Positions 27,273 to 41,101 of a stretch of DNA of 64,000 bases are shown piece by piece. Under the pieces are notes generated by a model. The model made no database searches. It saw nothing but the letters and a program-made list of their open reading frames with translations, and was not told the DNA's origin. The translations under genes were made by a program, and so were the position numbers. The stretch is taken from contig NC_092679.1 of the NCBI RefSeq assembly GCF_964355755.1, positions 17,095,432 to 17,159,431 of the forward strand, in the 5' to 3' direction. The DNA is from Antedon mediterranea. Taxonomy: Eukaryota > Animalia > Echinodermata. The stretch's first letter is position 1. Each line of letters opens with the position of its first letter.

Positions 27273-27797
27273 CTTCCAATCCCAAGGTCCAGGGTTCAAT
27301 TCTGACCTAGTCCCAGGGTTGTAACTTACGACTCTTTCAACTCCACTCCTTAAGCCTCAAATGATGATAATGAAATGACGATAAATTAAAATTATAAAAT
27401 AGTTTATACATCCTGTAATTGGCGAGTTTGTGCTCTTTCAATGCGTATGAAATTAAAAAAAAAAAATATTTCCTACAGTATTTTAACTGGACTCATTACC
27501 TAAAACCTATTTAAACAAGCTTCATCGTTGGCTATTTTTAAGATGAAATATAAACTTTCTTTTATTAATTTATACTAAGCTAATGTCTATATATATTATG
27601 GCATGATTACATGCATGCATGTGTATGTATAATGTAATGTTTCGAACCTCATCTGGTATTTGGTTGTCCTGGCAATGGTATTCCCTAACATTCCCTATAA
27701 TTAATGGTCTATTCGTCTATTTATTTATTTGTTTATATATATACAGTATATTCTTTTTACGGTATCTTAATTAATGTAACTAGTTTTTAGTGGGCCT

Positions 27798-28852
27798 TGT
27801 GGAGCCGTGAAATGTGCAAAAAGTCACATTTGTGCAAACAACCACATTTGTGCAAACATTTTACCTTCAAATGTGCAAACAACCACATTTGTGCAGACAT
27901 TTTACCTTTAAATGTGCAAATTTGTTAAAATCCATTACCCACAAATGTGCAAACATCTTGCCGTTAAATGTAAAAACGGTCAGTTTTGACGTTAAATGTG
28001 CAAAAGGTATTCTACAAATGTGCAAATCATTTATTCAGTCAAATTCCTATTACATTTGATATTTTTGGTTCGTAGGTCTTTCAGAGTATAAATAACAATA
28101 GAGTATAATAAATTTAAAATGCTCAATATCATAATAACTAATTATACTGTTGTATTTTATTATGATCAAAGGCTTTAACCCGTCTCAGTCAAATTCAAGT
28201 CGACCCCAAGTCAACTCGCCCACAAGTCAACTCGCCCTGAAGTCAACTCGGCCTCACGTCAACTAGGCCACCTTAAAGTATGAAACGCAAAAAGTGCAAA
28301 TGAATGGGACAAAATAAAATGAACAGAAGAAAATAATAAAAACGAAGTACGCATGTTATAGGGATGAATATTAGAATGAATGTGAATGTTAGTTGACCGA
28401 TTAGTTTTTGGCCGAGTTGACGTGAGGCCGAGTTGACTTGAGGCCGAATTGAATTTAGCCGAGGCGATTTAGAGCCTTTGATTATAGTAAAATACAACAG
28501 TATAATTAGTTATGATATTGAACATTTTAAATTTATTATACTCTTTTTCCTATTGTTATTTCTACTCTGAAAGACCTACGAACCAAAAATATAAAATGGA
28601 ATAGGAGTTTGGTTGAAGAAATGCTTTGCACATTTGTAGAATCCTTTTGCACATTTAACGTCAAAACTGATCGTTTTTACATTTAATGGCGTGATGTTTG
28701 CACATTTGCAGGTTATGAATTTTAACAGATTTGCACATTTAAAGGTAAAATGTTTGCACAAATGTGGTTGTTTGCACATTTGAAGGTAAAATGTTTACAC
28801 AAATGTGGTTGTTTGCACAAATGTGACTCTTTGCACATTTCACAGCTCCACA
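27798..28852. mobile_element. Foldback TGT...ACA element (Ginger2-like MITE) with ~380-bp inverted arms
   Basis: TGTGGAGCCGTGAAATGTGC ... GCACATTTCACAGCTCCACA, with the flanking 5-bp direct repeat GGCCT. The centre carries AAGTCAACTCG repeats. Confidence 0.8.
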
Positions 28853-29499
28853 GGCCTCCTATCACAAGCCCCTTTGGGGTTTCTTGGAGGTCCCTTTCAT
28901 CGTATAAAATATGTTTTACTCTACCTTGCTTGTTTTTGTTTGTTTATGAGATGAATAAAGAGATTTATGTTATGTTATTTTAAGGTTTTTTCATTTTTTA
29001 GTTCCATTTTCATCAGTGTCAGTGAAATGAATTAAATACTGTAAGTGTATACGAGGGATTTAGACATAGAATAGAACTAGAGGAATAATATACTGTATAC
29101 TGTATATACATATTCAAAATAAACACTCAATCGACATGAAAAACTACAACATTAATATCAAGAAGTTAAAAATACAGTAGACCCTATAAATTGTATCAAA
29201 ACTCTTTGTAAATTGTCTTCAGTCAAAAAAAAATCTGTGTGTTTAGTATTGTGTGTGTTTGTATATGATGTGGCTGCATTTATTCAAAGTGAGGCGTTTA
29301 TTAAAATAAATATGGTTTTTTTATGTATTATTGTAAACCAATAGGTTGATGTCTGCCATGCCTACCACCAGATACTGCATCGTAATATGGCCTCCCTGAT
29401 GAACAAATTGTTGTGATGATGTATGATGATATAGCATATAATAAAGAGTAAGTTTTGCAAATCACAGGTACTGTAGTTCTCAATTTTGTTAGGGAACAT

Positions 29500-29682
29500 G
29501 TGTCAAAATTAGTTCAGGACTACTGCAGTTACTGCAGTAACTACATTTTGTAATTATTTACCAAGTTTTGTGGATAATCATAAATAAATTAAAGACATGT
29601 TATTGCAGTGAAAAAATGTAGTTACTGCAGTAACTGCAGTAGAAAAATATTTGAACTCTTGAACCAGATTTTTAAAACACAT
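29500..29682. mobile_element. Small palindromic MITE
   Basis: CTACTGCAGTTACTGCAGTAACTACATTT and its inverse lie about 70 bp apart. Confidence 0.55.
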
Positions 29683-31230
29683 CCAATGATGTCCTCTATT
29701 TATCAGATACCAAGCGATGAGCGCAGTGATGACTAGCGGTGAGGGGAATAAGCAATCAATAAATTATGACCATTGATATAAAAATTCAGAGTTATCCTTG
29801 TAAAAATGTGAAAATGTTTTTATGTTGTTTTTTTTTAGAAATAAAAGGCCGGGCGATAAATAAACAAAAGTAATCTACTGGGACTTAAATACACCATCAC
29901 AAGACAACGTTTTATCTATTGCGCCACGCAACTTGCTTGAAGAAATTAATCAACTAAACTATTTAAACTATGCATACATAGTGCCCTCATTTGTTATTAG
30001 TCTAGTCCTCCCTAGATGATGTGATGACAGACCATTTGTGATTGTTCAATACGCACGGTAGTAACCTGGTACTCGCAACGCGCTGAACATCCGGTGATTC
30101 GGCTCCTCGAAGAAGACAAATTATTATTTATTCGGCCTACCTGATAATAATATTATTATCATTAATGTAGGCTTATTGATGGAAATTCTTCTGTTAATTT
30201 AAATGACTTAGGCCTAAGCGAATATATTATTGCCAAGGAATCATTAATTAGTAATTATCTGTATATTATTCTTGCTAGGTAAGGTGTCGAATGCAACACC
30301 TAACTAGACAGGCTTATTACAAAGGATGAGGCCTAGCTACACCTGACCCAGCAGTAGATATTCAACTTGTTGTTGGCTATGTAATATAACAGATATCGCC
30401 TTAGATAGCTACTCTTTATTCATTTTCCTATAACCCACATCCTTAATCAATCACTGTTTCCTCATCATCAAGGAAAGTCCCCTCCCAGTACATGCATATT
30501 AATTAGGACACATATCACATATTATAGAAATAAATTTTGAATCAACTTTGGATAATCCAAATCATCCAAAATCTATATCAACACCCTTTTGAATAACATT
30601 GATGACAAAGTGATTTAGCAGATTTATTATTTACGGCAGGAGTGCGTTGAATCCACCACTCAAGTAACGTACAACAACCCCATCCAACACAACGCTACAC
30701 AACAATACAGGTAGACCTGCTGTATCTGTATACACTACTATAAAAATAAAGCTGGTGCTCAACTGAACAAATTTCCTATCTTTTGCATTAAAAATCATAC
30801 AATTTGGATTCTCCTGCATCATATACAGTGCTGTACTTTTTTGACTCAATACAAAATATTCCCTGTATGGTTAATTACTTTCCTATAACCTTATTTTATC
30901 ATGCTTCAATGTTATTTGCATTTTGCTGTTCAAATTACATATTTTTTCCAAAGGAAGACAATGTTTCCTCATATTTTAAAAGGACAATACACCTAGACCA
31001 AAAGGAAATAACCTTGAATATCTAAAACAAAATTGAAAGTCTTGTGATTTCTCTGAAGAAGGTACAAAATCTATTGTGAACAGTTCCTTATTTAACCATT
31101 AATAAAAATAGATAACAACAATATATAAATTCTGAACACAAAATAATCCTCAAAACTCAGTGTCAGGTTACGAGTAAGTGAGCAATTCCGAATGCCACAA
31201 TGAAGTATAACATTATACAGTAGTAGTAGT

Positions 31231-31945
31231 AGGAATGAAGGGCAAAACACTATGGGAACTTTGTTGGGTTCCAAGGGGATTGATTCTTTAAAGCTCCCTA
31301 TTGTATGTGCCATGATTTATTGATGTTCTATGTGGGGGCATAGACAGACTTCTAGTCAGGCTTTAAAAACATGTTATTTTTTAATATACTGTACAGAACT
31401 ATGATGATTTTTCTTTTTATGATGCGAGTACTCCACAAAAAAGGGAAAAAAAAATCAGCAATAGCTGGCATAGGGAGTGGCAAAGTAATAGAAAGGTACT
31501 TAACACAATTCAATGAGGAGCCTAGTATGAATTTTATGTGCGAGAGTTATTTTCTAGGGGCGTCATTTAACTAAATTTACTTTGTACAAATAATCAGTGT
31601 GACATGCCTTGCCTGGAGCTCCTCTATTGAAGTGGCTTGGTGGTTCATGATGCTCCGCTACCAATCAAAGGGTCCTGTCCTTGGCAATTTGCCTAAAATA
31701 TATATTCTAAAATCCTGGATCCTCATACATTGTAAACCCTGAAATTCCTCTGTAGTCAAGTTTCCCAGAAAGTCTATCCAGGAGTTATAAAAATCTGTTA
31801 TTCTCTAGGTGTTCTTTGTTCATATAACAATACTCAGAAAATAACAACATTTAGAACACTTTTAAGTTATTAACTTTTTTAAAAGCTTAGGATTTAAGAT
31901 TTCTATAGTTTATTTATAAATAAAAACCTTTGCTTATTAACAATA
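31231..31945 (+). repeat. Segmental duplicate A containing the pseudo-exon 4 of legumain copy 2
   Basis: Aligns nearly base for base with 41102-42116. Confidence 0.85.
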
Positions 31946-33350
31946 ACCAAAGCTGAATGCCTTCGCTTACCATTCACAAAGCTTTCGAATGCTACTCCTG
32001 GAATGCTATTATTGGCATTCGAAGGGCTATATCTTAGCATTCAATGACTAATTAGCATTCGAATGCTTCTTAGCATTCGCTAAGGCTTCGCTAAGGCTTC
32101 GCTAAGCCTTCCAGATTTAGCATTCGCTAAGGCTTCGCTAAGCCTTCACTAAGCCTTCCAGGGAGCCGAATTATTCGAATGCTAGTGGATGAATGCTATA
32201 CCAGCATTCGAATGCTAGTGGGTGAATGCTACACTAGCATTCGAATGCTAGTGGGTGAATGCTACACTAGCATTCGAATGCTAGCGGGTGAATGCTACAC
32301 TAGCATTGGAATGCTAGCGGGTGAATGCTACACTAGCATTCGAATGCTAGTGGGTGAATGCTACACTATCATTCGAATGCTAGTGGGTGAATGCTACACT
32401 AGCATTCGAATGTTAGTGGGTGAATGCTACACTAGTGAGCAAATTACATGTTAGCAGGGAAATGCTACATAGCATTAAATACACTACAGTATTGTAATAG
32501 GAATTCAGGGTTGCAACAAAACAAGTTAAAACTCTCATCAGACTACAGTATGTTATGATGTTAAACTAGGACCTAAAATAAAAGGCAATTCAACACAATA
32601 TTCGGACATGAATAGTACAAGGCCTTAATTTTTACTTTTATTGTTTTGATATACTGTATAAATAAGATGCTTCATTTATCAGTCTAATGGGTTAAGGATG
32701 TTAACCTGCTAAGGTCTTATGTCCCACATATAGTACCGTGTTTAATTAATTGTTTAGAAGTACATCTATTCAAACTTTTATTTATTTTTTTTGTGTTGTT
32801 CAAGCAACTCGCTTCTACTTTAGCATTCTTCTCCGACAATCATTCTGAAAGATAAAAATCAATTATTTGCAAAGGAGACCTGTTCCTTTATGTACAGTCA
32901 CTATTAGCAGATAAAACTGAATTATGCACTACATTCTCTAGTCTGTAGAAGGACTATTATATTAGTATCATTCAGGTTTAATAAAAAGGATTTTATTTAA
33001 TATTTACCCTTTTTAAAATAAATACTTGTTGTGTTACTGTTTTTATTCATTTCAAATGTTGGAATTAAGGAAATATTCTGCCATGGCATAAAAATGCCTC
33101 CACCATCCCATTGTCTTATAATAAAATAAACGATAGAGTGAAAACTGCTTTAATTTATAGTTTAGTTAGCCCTTCTTTTTGATCAGTGATACAATGTGGT
33201 TAGCTAGGCCCAGAGTATACTATAACTAGCCTAGGCCAGCTACACAATATAACCAGGGAGTGACTTAGGGGATTCGACTTTTGATAGGACTTTTTGATAG
33301 TACCACCACAACTGAATCCCAAACCACTCACTATCTACTGCAGCCTAGCC

Positions 33351-34477
33351 GGTAGCCGATCACTCCGGCCGCGCTTCACTCCGGCCGCCGTATCAGTTTA
33401 GCGCGATGTTGCACTTCGGCCGCTATTCAATTTGACTTCCTGTGCAAAGGGGTCGTTAGTATGGAGCGCCCATATCTACGTTTTCTATACTGTTCAGTGT
33501 TATAACAAATTCTTGGTGAATTTAAATGGATCAACTAGTTGAATATTTATTAGCAACAATTTTACTTTTTTCATTAACAATAACATTCAAAGAAGTTGGA
33601 ACTGCTTTTTCTTTCAAACTAAACTTAACTTAATTAAATTCAATAATAAAATAATAATCAAATACCCGTCTAATTAATGCTTGAATAACAATATTTAATT
33701 TCTTTCTATGTACATTTATTTTTATAACTTTACATTTATTAACATTAAAAATTAGTTAAAAACCTTTTTTTTTATAACACTTTATCTTGCCAGTACCCAT
33801 ACTTACTAATTATAGTTAATAACAATATGTAAAATATTTTAATTTATTTATTTCAAATAATCAATTATTATTGATGTTTGTTATAGTTAATAACAATATT
33901 TACAATATTAATTAATTTATTTCAAATAATCAAATATCCGTCTAATTAATGTTACCTGGAATTGTATCAAGAATTAATATATTATTTTTGTACAGTCCAA
34001 TTTACAATGATTTTATATTTTAATTTATATATGATAAAAATAATATGACATATAGGGTACATTGCAATAAATTACATTAATTAATCACATTATAAAATAA
34101 AATAAAAATAAAATTATAATTAATATACTAGCCTATTACATTGGATAAAACACATAAATTATTTTGTTTTAGCATTATACCTAATTTAAAACACTTGCGA
34201 TGTTGTTGTGATCCTGAAAGAGAAAAAATATACTGTATGATTACAAATGTTTATTTTGATTCTCTACAAAAAAACGTGTCTCGGTTGTAAAAGACTCATT
34301 GGGCGCTCCATAGCTGTGGCCGGAATGAATCGCGGCCGGAATGAATCGCGGCCGGATTGAAGCGCGGCCGGATTGAAGCGCGGCCGGATTATTGAAGCGC
34401 GGCCGGATTATTGAAGCGCGGCCGGATTATTGAAGCGCGGCCGGATTATTGAAGCGCGGCCGGAGTGATCTGTATTC
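33351..34477. mobile_element. Non-autonomous TIR element with 8-bp TSD
   Basis: TIR core GATCACTCCGGCCGCGCTTCA; TSD GCCTAGCC (33343-33350, 34478-34485); GCGCGGCCGGATT tandem repeats at the right end. Confidence 0.75.
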
Positions 34478-34745
34478 GCCTAGCCCTGGTCCCTCTCTGC
34501 TGAACTCAACTTAGTAGGCTGTGTGTGGCTATAATACTCCTCCTATTATTATTAGGCCTAGCTAGTTAGTAGCCAAATACAGAATGATAAAAGAACAAGT
34601 ATAGCTACTAGCTACAATACCTTTTATATCAGCAAAATCTGTGTCACGGTTGCCAGCAGGTAAGCTGTAAAAAAAAGGAAGGCTGCAGTCTATTGTAGGC
34701 ATCCTCACTCTCACTCAACTCAGCCTTTCTCTAGCCATTGGTCCT

Positions 34746-35156
34746 TTGAATTTGATGTGTTATGTTAAAGAAATTGTATCCAAAGCCAGCAGACGTCTGC
34801 ATATATTGTGTAGATTAAGAAAGTTCAATCTTCCGAAATTTGATCTTGTAGATGTATTTAAGAGTTACATAAGACCAAGTGTTGAATATGCTGTCCCAGT
34901 ATGGCATTCTAGTCTCACTAAGAAACAAAGTGATATGATAGAATCTGTCCAAAAAAGGGCTTGCAGAATAATATTGTGTAATGACTACATATGTTATGAC
35001 CAAGCACTCAATGATCTTTCTCTAGACACCTTTTCTGATAGAAGGCGTAATCTATGCTATAAGTTTGCTCTGAACTGTTCAAAAAGTATTCATTTTGGAA
35101 AATGGTTTCCAGTGAAGAATGTAAACAATACCATACCTTATCTCGCTTCTAAATGA
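34746..35156 (+). mobile_element. LINE RT C-terminal fragment (L2/Daphne-like)
   Basis: KASRRLHILCRL...FKSYIRPSVEYAVPVWH...IESVQKRACRII. Confidence 0.8.
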
Positions 35157-35228
35157 ATAATCAGTATATATAACCCAGTACAGCTATGCGTTTTTTTTGT
35201 TGTTTTTTTTTCTATTTTAATATTTTAA

Positions 35229-35854
35229 AGCCCCATTCCCTACGTTTTTTAGATCTAATTTAAGATCACAAACTATATTTAATGTAAAAATAATACTATA
35301 TGGTCCTAATGCGATAACTGTTTTCGTCTTTAAACGGTTAAAAATGTGAAAAATAAATCGATTTTAATAATTATAGCGGCCCGCTATAAATCCCAAAATG
35401 CATTGCGCGCGGATTGATATTTTTGTTTTTCACCTGTAATTCGCCCACTTTTCGATCGATCGTGAAGCCAAAACAAATGGAAGACTCCTAACTTTTCAGC
35501 GAAAATACCGGGTGTTCCCCAATTTGTATCAACGGAGTCTGGCAAAAATAGAAAGACAATTAATGCAGCAACTATACAACGTCAGGCTAGGTATATAGCT
35601 AGCGTACGATGTTCGTACGTTACCGATGTTTACCAGCTAGGCCTACAAAAATAAGCCTAGCTAGGCTAGGCCTGAGACCGTCCACGAGAGTTCGATCGCC
35701 GCGAGCTACTTAGGTAGTGCATTGTTTCTCACTTTTTATCATAATTTACCATAAAACGTACATTTAAGACAAGGAATGACATGGTTTAATGTTTTTAAAG
35801 TGATATATATGTATTATTTTCCAAAAAACGTCCAAAATTGCAGGGAAGGGGTCT
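35229..35854 (+). mobile_element. TTAA-flanked MITE (Kolobok-like), copy 2
   Basis: TTAA|AGCCCCATTCCCTAC ... GCAGGGAAGGGGTCT|TTAA; imperfect 15-bp TIRs. Confidence 0.85.
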
Positions 35855-36052
35855 TTAAGCTAAACTTTTTGAATGTTCCTGTATTGTATTTCTTGTGTAA
35901 ATTGCCTCCTTTTTATATATAACTAGCAATTATACCCGCCCCAGGGAGGGTTTCAAAATTAGTTTAACAGCCTTCTCAGTACATAACATAATGGTCGAAG
36001 TACACTTATAATATAGATTATCATTGGTTTTATACTTTTATACAAATTTTAA

Positions 36053-36678
36053 AGCCCCATTCCCTACGTTTTTGAGATCTAATTTAAGATCACAAACTAT
36101 ATTTAATGTAAAAATAATACTACATGGTCCTATTGCGATAACTTTTTTCGTCTTTAAACGGTTAAAAATGTGAAAAATAAATCGATTCTAATAATTATAG
36201 CGGCCCGCTATAAATCCCAAAATGCATTGCGCGCGGATTGATATTTTTGTTTTTCACCTGTAATTCGCCCACTTTTCGATCGATCGTGAAGCCAAAACAA
36301 ATGGAAGACTCCTAACTTTTCAGCGAAAATACCGGGTTTTCCCCAATTTGTATCAACGGAGTCTGGCAAAAATAGAAAGACAATTAATGCAGCAACTATA
36401 CAACGTCAGGCTAGGTATATAGCTAGCGTACGATGTTCGTACGTTATCGATGTTTACCAGCTAGGCCTACAAAACTAAGCCTAGCTAGGCTAGGCCTAAG
36501 ACCGTCCACGAGAGGTCGATCGCCGTGAGCTACTTAGGTAGTGCATTGTTTCTCACTTTTTATCATAATTTACCATAAAACGTACATTTAAGACAAGGAA
36601 TGACATGGTTTAATGTTTTTAAAGTGATATATATGTATTATTTTCCAAAAAACGTCCAAAATTGCAGGGAAGGGGTCT
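36053..36678 (+). mobile_element. TTAA-flanked MITE (Kolobok-like), copy 3
   Basis: Same termini and TTAA flanks, about 200 bp downstream of copy 2. A degenerate partial relative lies at ~60505-60680. Confidence 0.85.
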
Positions 36679-37011
36679 TTAATATTGAGAAAATGTAAAT
36701 ATCTTTGTATTTCAGCTAAGGCTGCGATGATGATATTGAAATAAATGAAATGAAATGAAAAAAAAAAAAAAATTAGCATTCGAATGCCTAGCGAATGGTT
36801 AGCGAAGGCTATTTAAGCATTCTCCTTTGGTAAGGAGGCTTTACTAATATTTAGGAGTATCAGAGGTATTTATATTTGTCCTCAAGCTTAACTGGAAACT
36901 GAGGAAATTCGGATTATAGGCCCTCCACGGACCCACGGCAGCCAGCAGTGTAGCGCCTACCAGATCAGCACACCGGGAGACGATCCCCTACTCTTTTCGA
37001 ATATTGTACAA

Positions 37012-39840
37012 ATTTTATTTATTTATTTATTTAATCTTTCTTTATTCTGAAATACACTTTCATTTCAATACAATGTACTGATTTCCAAAGTAGTTCTTAA
37101 CTACATAAATGTAAACAAAATACAGTATATAAATGGACAAAAGAAAATATAAAAATAAACCTAAAATTATCAAAATCAAATCTATATATAAATTTACGTA
37201 AGGGCAAAATTCGGTAAATCGCGCCTTACTTCTAGAATTTTTACTCGATGGTATATAAAGTTAGTTCGTACTTTCGGTACTGATTTTAACCACCTGATGT
37301 AACCCTGTTTACTAATTAAATTAAGTTAGATAATTAGTTATTGACGATTAGAACGAATTTAGGTTCAAAGATTTGCCCCAAATAGGGGTGTTTTCCGATC
37401 GTGGTATACACTGTCTAATGGATGTCCATCTTGAAAAATACCCGCCACAAAAATGCGAGGAGGCTTCGCATTTTCCTATCTCCTCCTACGAAAATTGTTT
37501 TTAATAGCTGAAAACCGGTTGAACAGCTAGAGTACACCATCATAATGTTGAAGACAGGCCGATTTTCTTTAAAAAATACTATTTTTATAGATTTAATATA
37601 CGATTATACAAATGTATTGATTTGCGATGAATGGAACATCCCAATCTCTCAGTCTGCCAGAGTTTGGTTTAACACAAGTACTGTAGGTAAATTTATGAGC
37701 CCTTGGTTTAACACATACGGTAGGTAAATATATGGGCCCTTTGAGAATAAACTTGCAATACTTTGACAATACTGTAAATAACTATTTTTGGAACTCATTT
37801 GAATCGAACATTTCTTACTGTGAATGTTCGTCCTGTTAGATAATAATAAACTGTATTACTGACATTGTGGATAGGCTCTACTGTTAGATATATAAACACA
37901 TTATTATATACAAATACACTTTATACTGACAGTTCCTTCTCAACGTTTGTATTAATTAATAATTACCAAAAATATAAACGTCGTAGTGGTGTATCGTGAC
38001 ATGTACTTTAATATTTCAATCGATTATGACAGTGACAGTTTTAACAAAGTATTAAATCGCAAATGTTTTACTGTATTTAGAGGTATATTATGTATAGGCT
38101 TATAAAACATGAACAAAATATTTCGTTACTGAGTGGATAAAGAATATATTTAAAAATTGTTCCTCTTTGTACCTATCCGCTTTCCCATCCCTCAACCCTA
38201 ATGTTACATACAAAACACAAATTGGGTTTCTTTAAATGAGTCCAAATCAAAAATTTGGACTCATTTTGTGAAAAGTTTCTCCTTCGGAAGTAATTCCCAG
38301 GGTGCTAATTTTAGTTGACTACATAAATCATCGTGTCTATTTATTCGTTTCTGTAAACGACAATGTATTATAGTCCTGCGTTACGTAGATTTGAAATCGC
38401 CAGTTTTGTTACGCTGAAATTACTGTAGGCCTATATTCGAGAACCATCTGTGGGCACGACCTAGATGGTACGCGAGCGAAGCGAGCGTACCATCTAGTTA
38501 ACACAATTAAAGTAAGCACATTTAAAGGTAACAACAGAAATAATTGAGATTTTTAAACAAGATAAAAGAAGTTTTAATCATTGAGCATTAATTAGATTTA
38601 GTTTTGAATTAAAATTAAAGTTTTAAAATGTGTGATATGAAAGTTTATACTGTCATATCATAAAGATCATTTTTTATTTTGTTAGGTAGAAAGTTTCATA
38701 ATTTTGTAATTAAAAGTTCTTTTACCTCGAGTATTATTCCATTTAGGTATTATCAAAGTGTTGTTACTTTGACTTCGTGTACCTTTATTGTGACTATCTT
38801 CAGTAAATATAAATTGAGTTGATAAATAGGGTGGTGCATGTCCATTTAGGCACTTGAAAAGTAATATTAAAATATGTTCATTCCATTTGTCCTTTAGTGT
38901 ATTCCAACCAAGTGAGTTTAGGATATCACTAACATGAGTTTTGATATCTACTGATAATAATATTCTACCTAATCTATTAAAATTTGAAGAGAATCTCAAA
39001 AGTTTACTTTACAATTTGACCAGACACAACTACAATAATCAAATAAAGGAATAACTAGTGCATTGGCTAACATTTTCAGAGTGTTTGATGGAATAAAATA
39101 TTTTATACGACGTATAACACCAATGCGCTTGGCAACTTTTGATGAAAGGCTATCAATATGATCCGCCCATATTAGTTAAGTGTCAAAAGTTACACCTAAA
39201 TATTTAAAAGAATTACTCTCTCAATAAGAAACATAGATATTTTTAAACTTACTATACATGTGATTGTGAGTAGTACTAAAAACCATAAGCTTTGTCTTTT
39301 TAATATTTAATGTATAGTTGGTTATCATTATTAAACCATTTAGTAACTTGATTAAAATTTACATCTATTTCATTTTTAAGCCTAAGTGAACTACATAAAA
39401 GTGTGGTATCATCAGCATACATGACACATTTACATGATAAAAAATTAGGAAGTGAGTTAACCTATAAAATAAAAAGCAATGGTCCTAATATTGAACCTTG
39501 AGGAACTCCGATATTTACATTCAGTGATTCAGATTTACATGAATTATTACTAACAATTTGAGATCTTTGACTAAGATATGATTTAAACCATTTAAGCTCG
39601 GTACTACAGTATTTATTCCAAAACTCCTTAATTTATTAAGCAAGATTTGATGATTTGATGGCCTTTTTTAGGTCCAGGAATAATATAGCAGCTATTGAGA
39701 TACCTTTATCAAAATTATTTAAAATATAGTCTGTAACATCTAAGAGAGTGGTTTGGGTAGAGTGATTTTTTCTGAAACCTGATTGAGAAGGATTTAGAAG
39801 GTAATGCGATTTTAAATAATGATATAATTGGTTCTTTAAC
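37012..39840 (-). mobile_element. Degenerate 5'-truncated CR1/L2-group LINE (RT domain to (TAAA)n tail)
   Basis: [40 protein letters not shown] and GHAPPYL motifs with frameshifts. Tail at ~37012-37055. Confidence 0.85.
37181..38497 (+). mobile_element. Non-autonomous Helitron inserted in a LINE 3' UTR
   Basis: 5' end A|TCTATATATA; 3' hairpin GGTACGC-GAGCGAAGCGA-GCGTACC followed by CTAG|T; no TSD. Confidence 0.8.
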
Positions 39841-40037
39841 ATGCACTGTTAAGTACACGGGACCAACAGCTTTACATCCCATCCGAAGGACTAGGCAATG
39901 AGAGTAAAGCATCTTGCCTAAGGATGCAATTAGTATGGTACAGATAACCTCGAACCCATGCCTACCGGGGCCCAACGTTGCTTAACTTCGGTGATCTGAC
40001 GAGAACCTGTGTTTCACAACGCAGTATGGCCGTATAC
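39830..40037 (-). mobile_element. 5S rRNA-derived SINE head plus core, fused to the LINE
   Basis: Minus strand reads TACGGCCATACTGCGTTG...GGTTCTCGTCAGATCACCGAAGTTAAGCAACG (5S 5' part), then GGGTTCGAGG, TCCTTAGGCAAG, and CGGATGGGATGTAAAGCTGTTGGTCCC...GCATGTTAAAGAACC. Confidence 0.75.
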
Positions 40038-41101
40038 ATAATACATTAAAGTTACTATTACAAAATAAGTATATGACAAGATAAGATAAGATAAGATAAC
40101 TTTTATTGATCCTCAAAAAGGAAATTCATTGCTCGTCATAATGACACCTAATCCTGTCATTTGATTGTACATTTGTGGATCACTTGATAAAATCTAAATA
40201 CCCTATATTTACGCTCGCAAGCACGTCCTCCAGCATGGTTAAAGCTTGGTTCTTCTACTACAAAACAACGGAGCGACACAAAAAAGTGCTGCATTGCATA
40301 ATCACAAGTGGGAACTGATGACAACGCAGCATTGCTGCAAACATCGCTACGGGAAATCAAATCAGTTTGATTTCACGCAACAACGCAAGGCAAAACACAC
40401 TGAAAAACAGAGTACAGCGCATACTCAAAAGTACGCCGGGTGAATCAGGTCAAAGGCTATAAATACCAGAATGCATCGCACACGGATTAATATTTTTGAG
40501 ATGTGATGCTCCCTTTACGTATATTTGGGGTCTCCCTTTTCATATATTTGGGGGCTCCCTTTTCGTATAGTGGGGTCTCCCTTTTCGTATAGTGGGGTCT
40601 CCATTTTCGTATAGGGTCACTGGTATCTGGTCTCGGGTCTCTAGTTTCGAAACACCCTATAGACTATCTACAAGAGAACATTCGACAGGAGCTATTTTGT
40701 GGTAGTGCATTGTTTTTCTCTTTTTATCGTAATTAATTATGTATGCCCAGGCCTATATGTCATATTTGAAACAATAGGCCTACTGTGTTTGCTGGTGCAG
40801 GTTTATTGTCATTTATGTATTACTATAGACTAGATGATGTCATATTATCACTACCATATTTGGGTACATGACACTTTTCGTCTAGTTTAATAGTGTATAA
40901 GACAGAGCAGATAAGGCATATGTTTACCACTACAGCAGTTAAAACATTTCTTCTGTTAATTGTCAGTTGGACCATAATTGTTAATTGGCTTTTATCCAAT
41001 AAATATAAAGTATTCCAAATCATTTGGTCAGTACTCACGAACCTGCCCAGAACAGGTCCGGCCAAACCAATTTTGGGACACTGCATTCACTTTCCTGTGA
41101 A

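Larger units (their letters stand above)
31946..36832. mobile_element. TIR element with GCATTCGAATGC subterminal repeats and a 30-bp tandem array (32173-32435), expanded by nested insertions
   Basis: The left end ACCAAAGCTGAATGC...GCTTACCATTC mirrors the right end GAATGGTTAGCGAAGGC...GCATTCTCCTTTGGT. Confidence 0.55.

Noticed and set aside
27236-27310. Functional tRNA-Gly(TCC) gene
   Set aside because: A/B boxes and a TTCCAA loop are present, but the acceptor and T stems do not pair well; better read as a SINE head.
39960-40037. 5S rRNA gene
   Set aside because: Only the 5' ~75 nt is similar, and it is diverged and fused to SINE core sequence.
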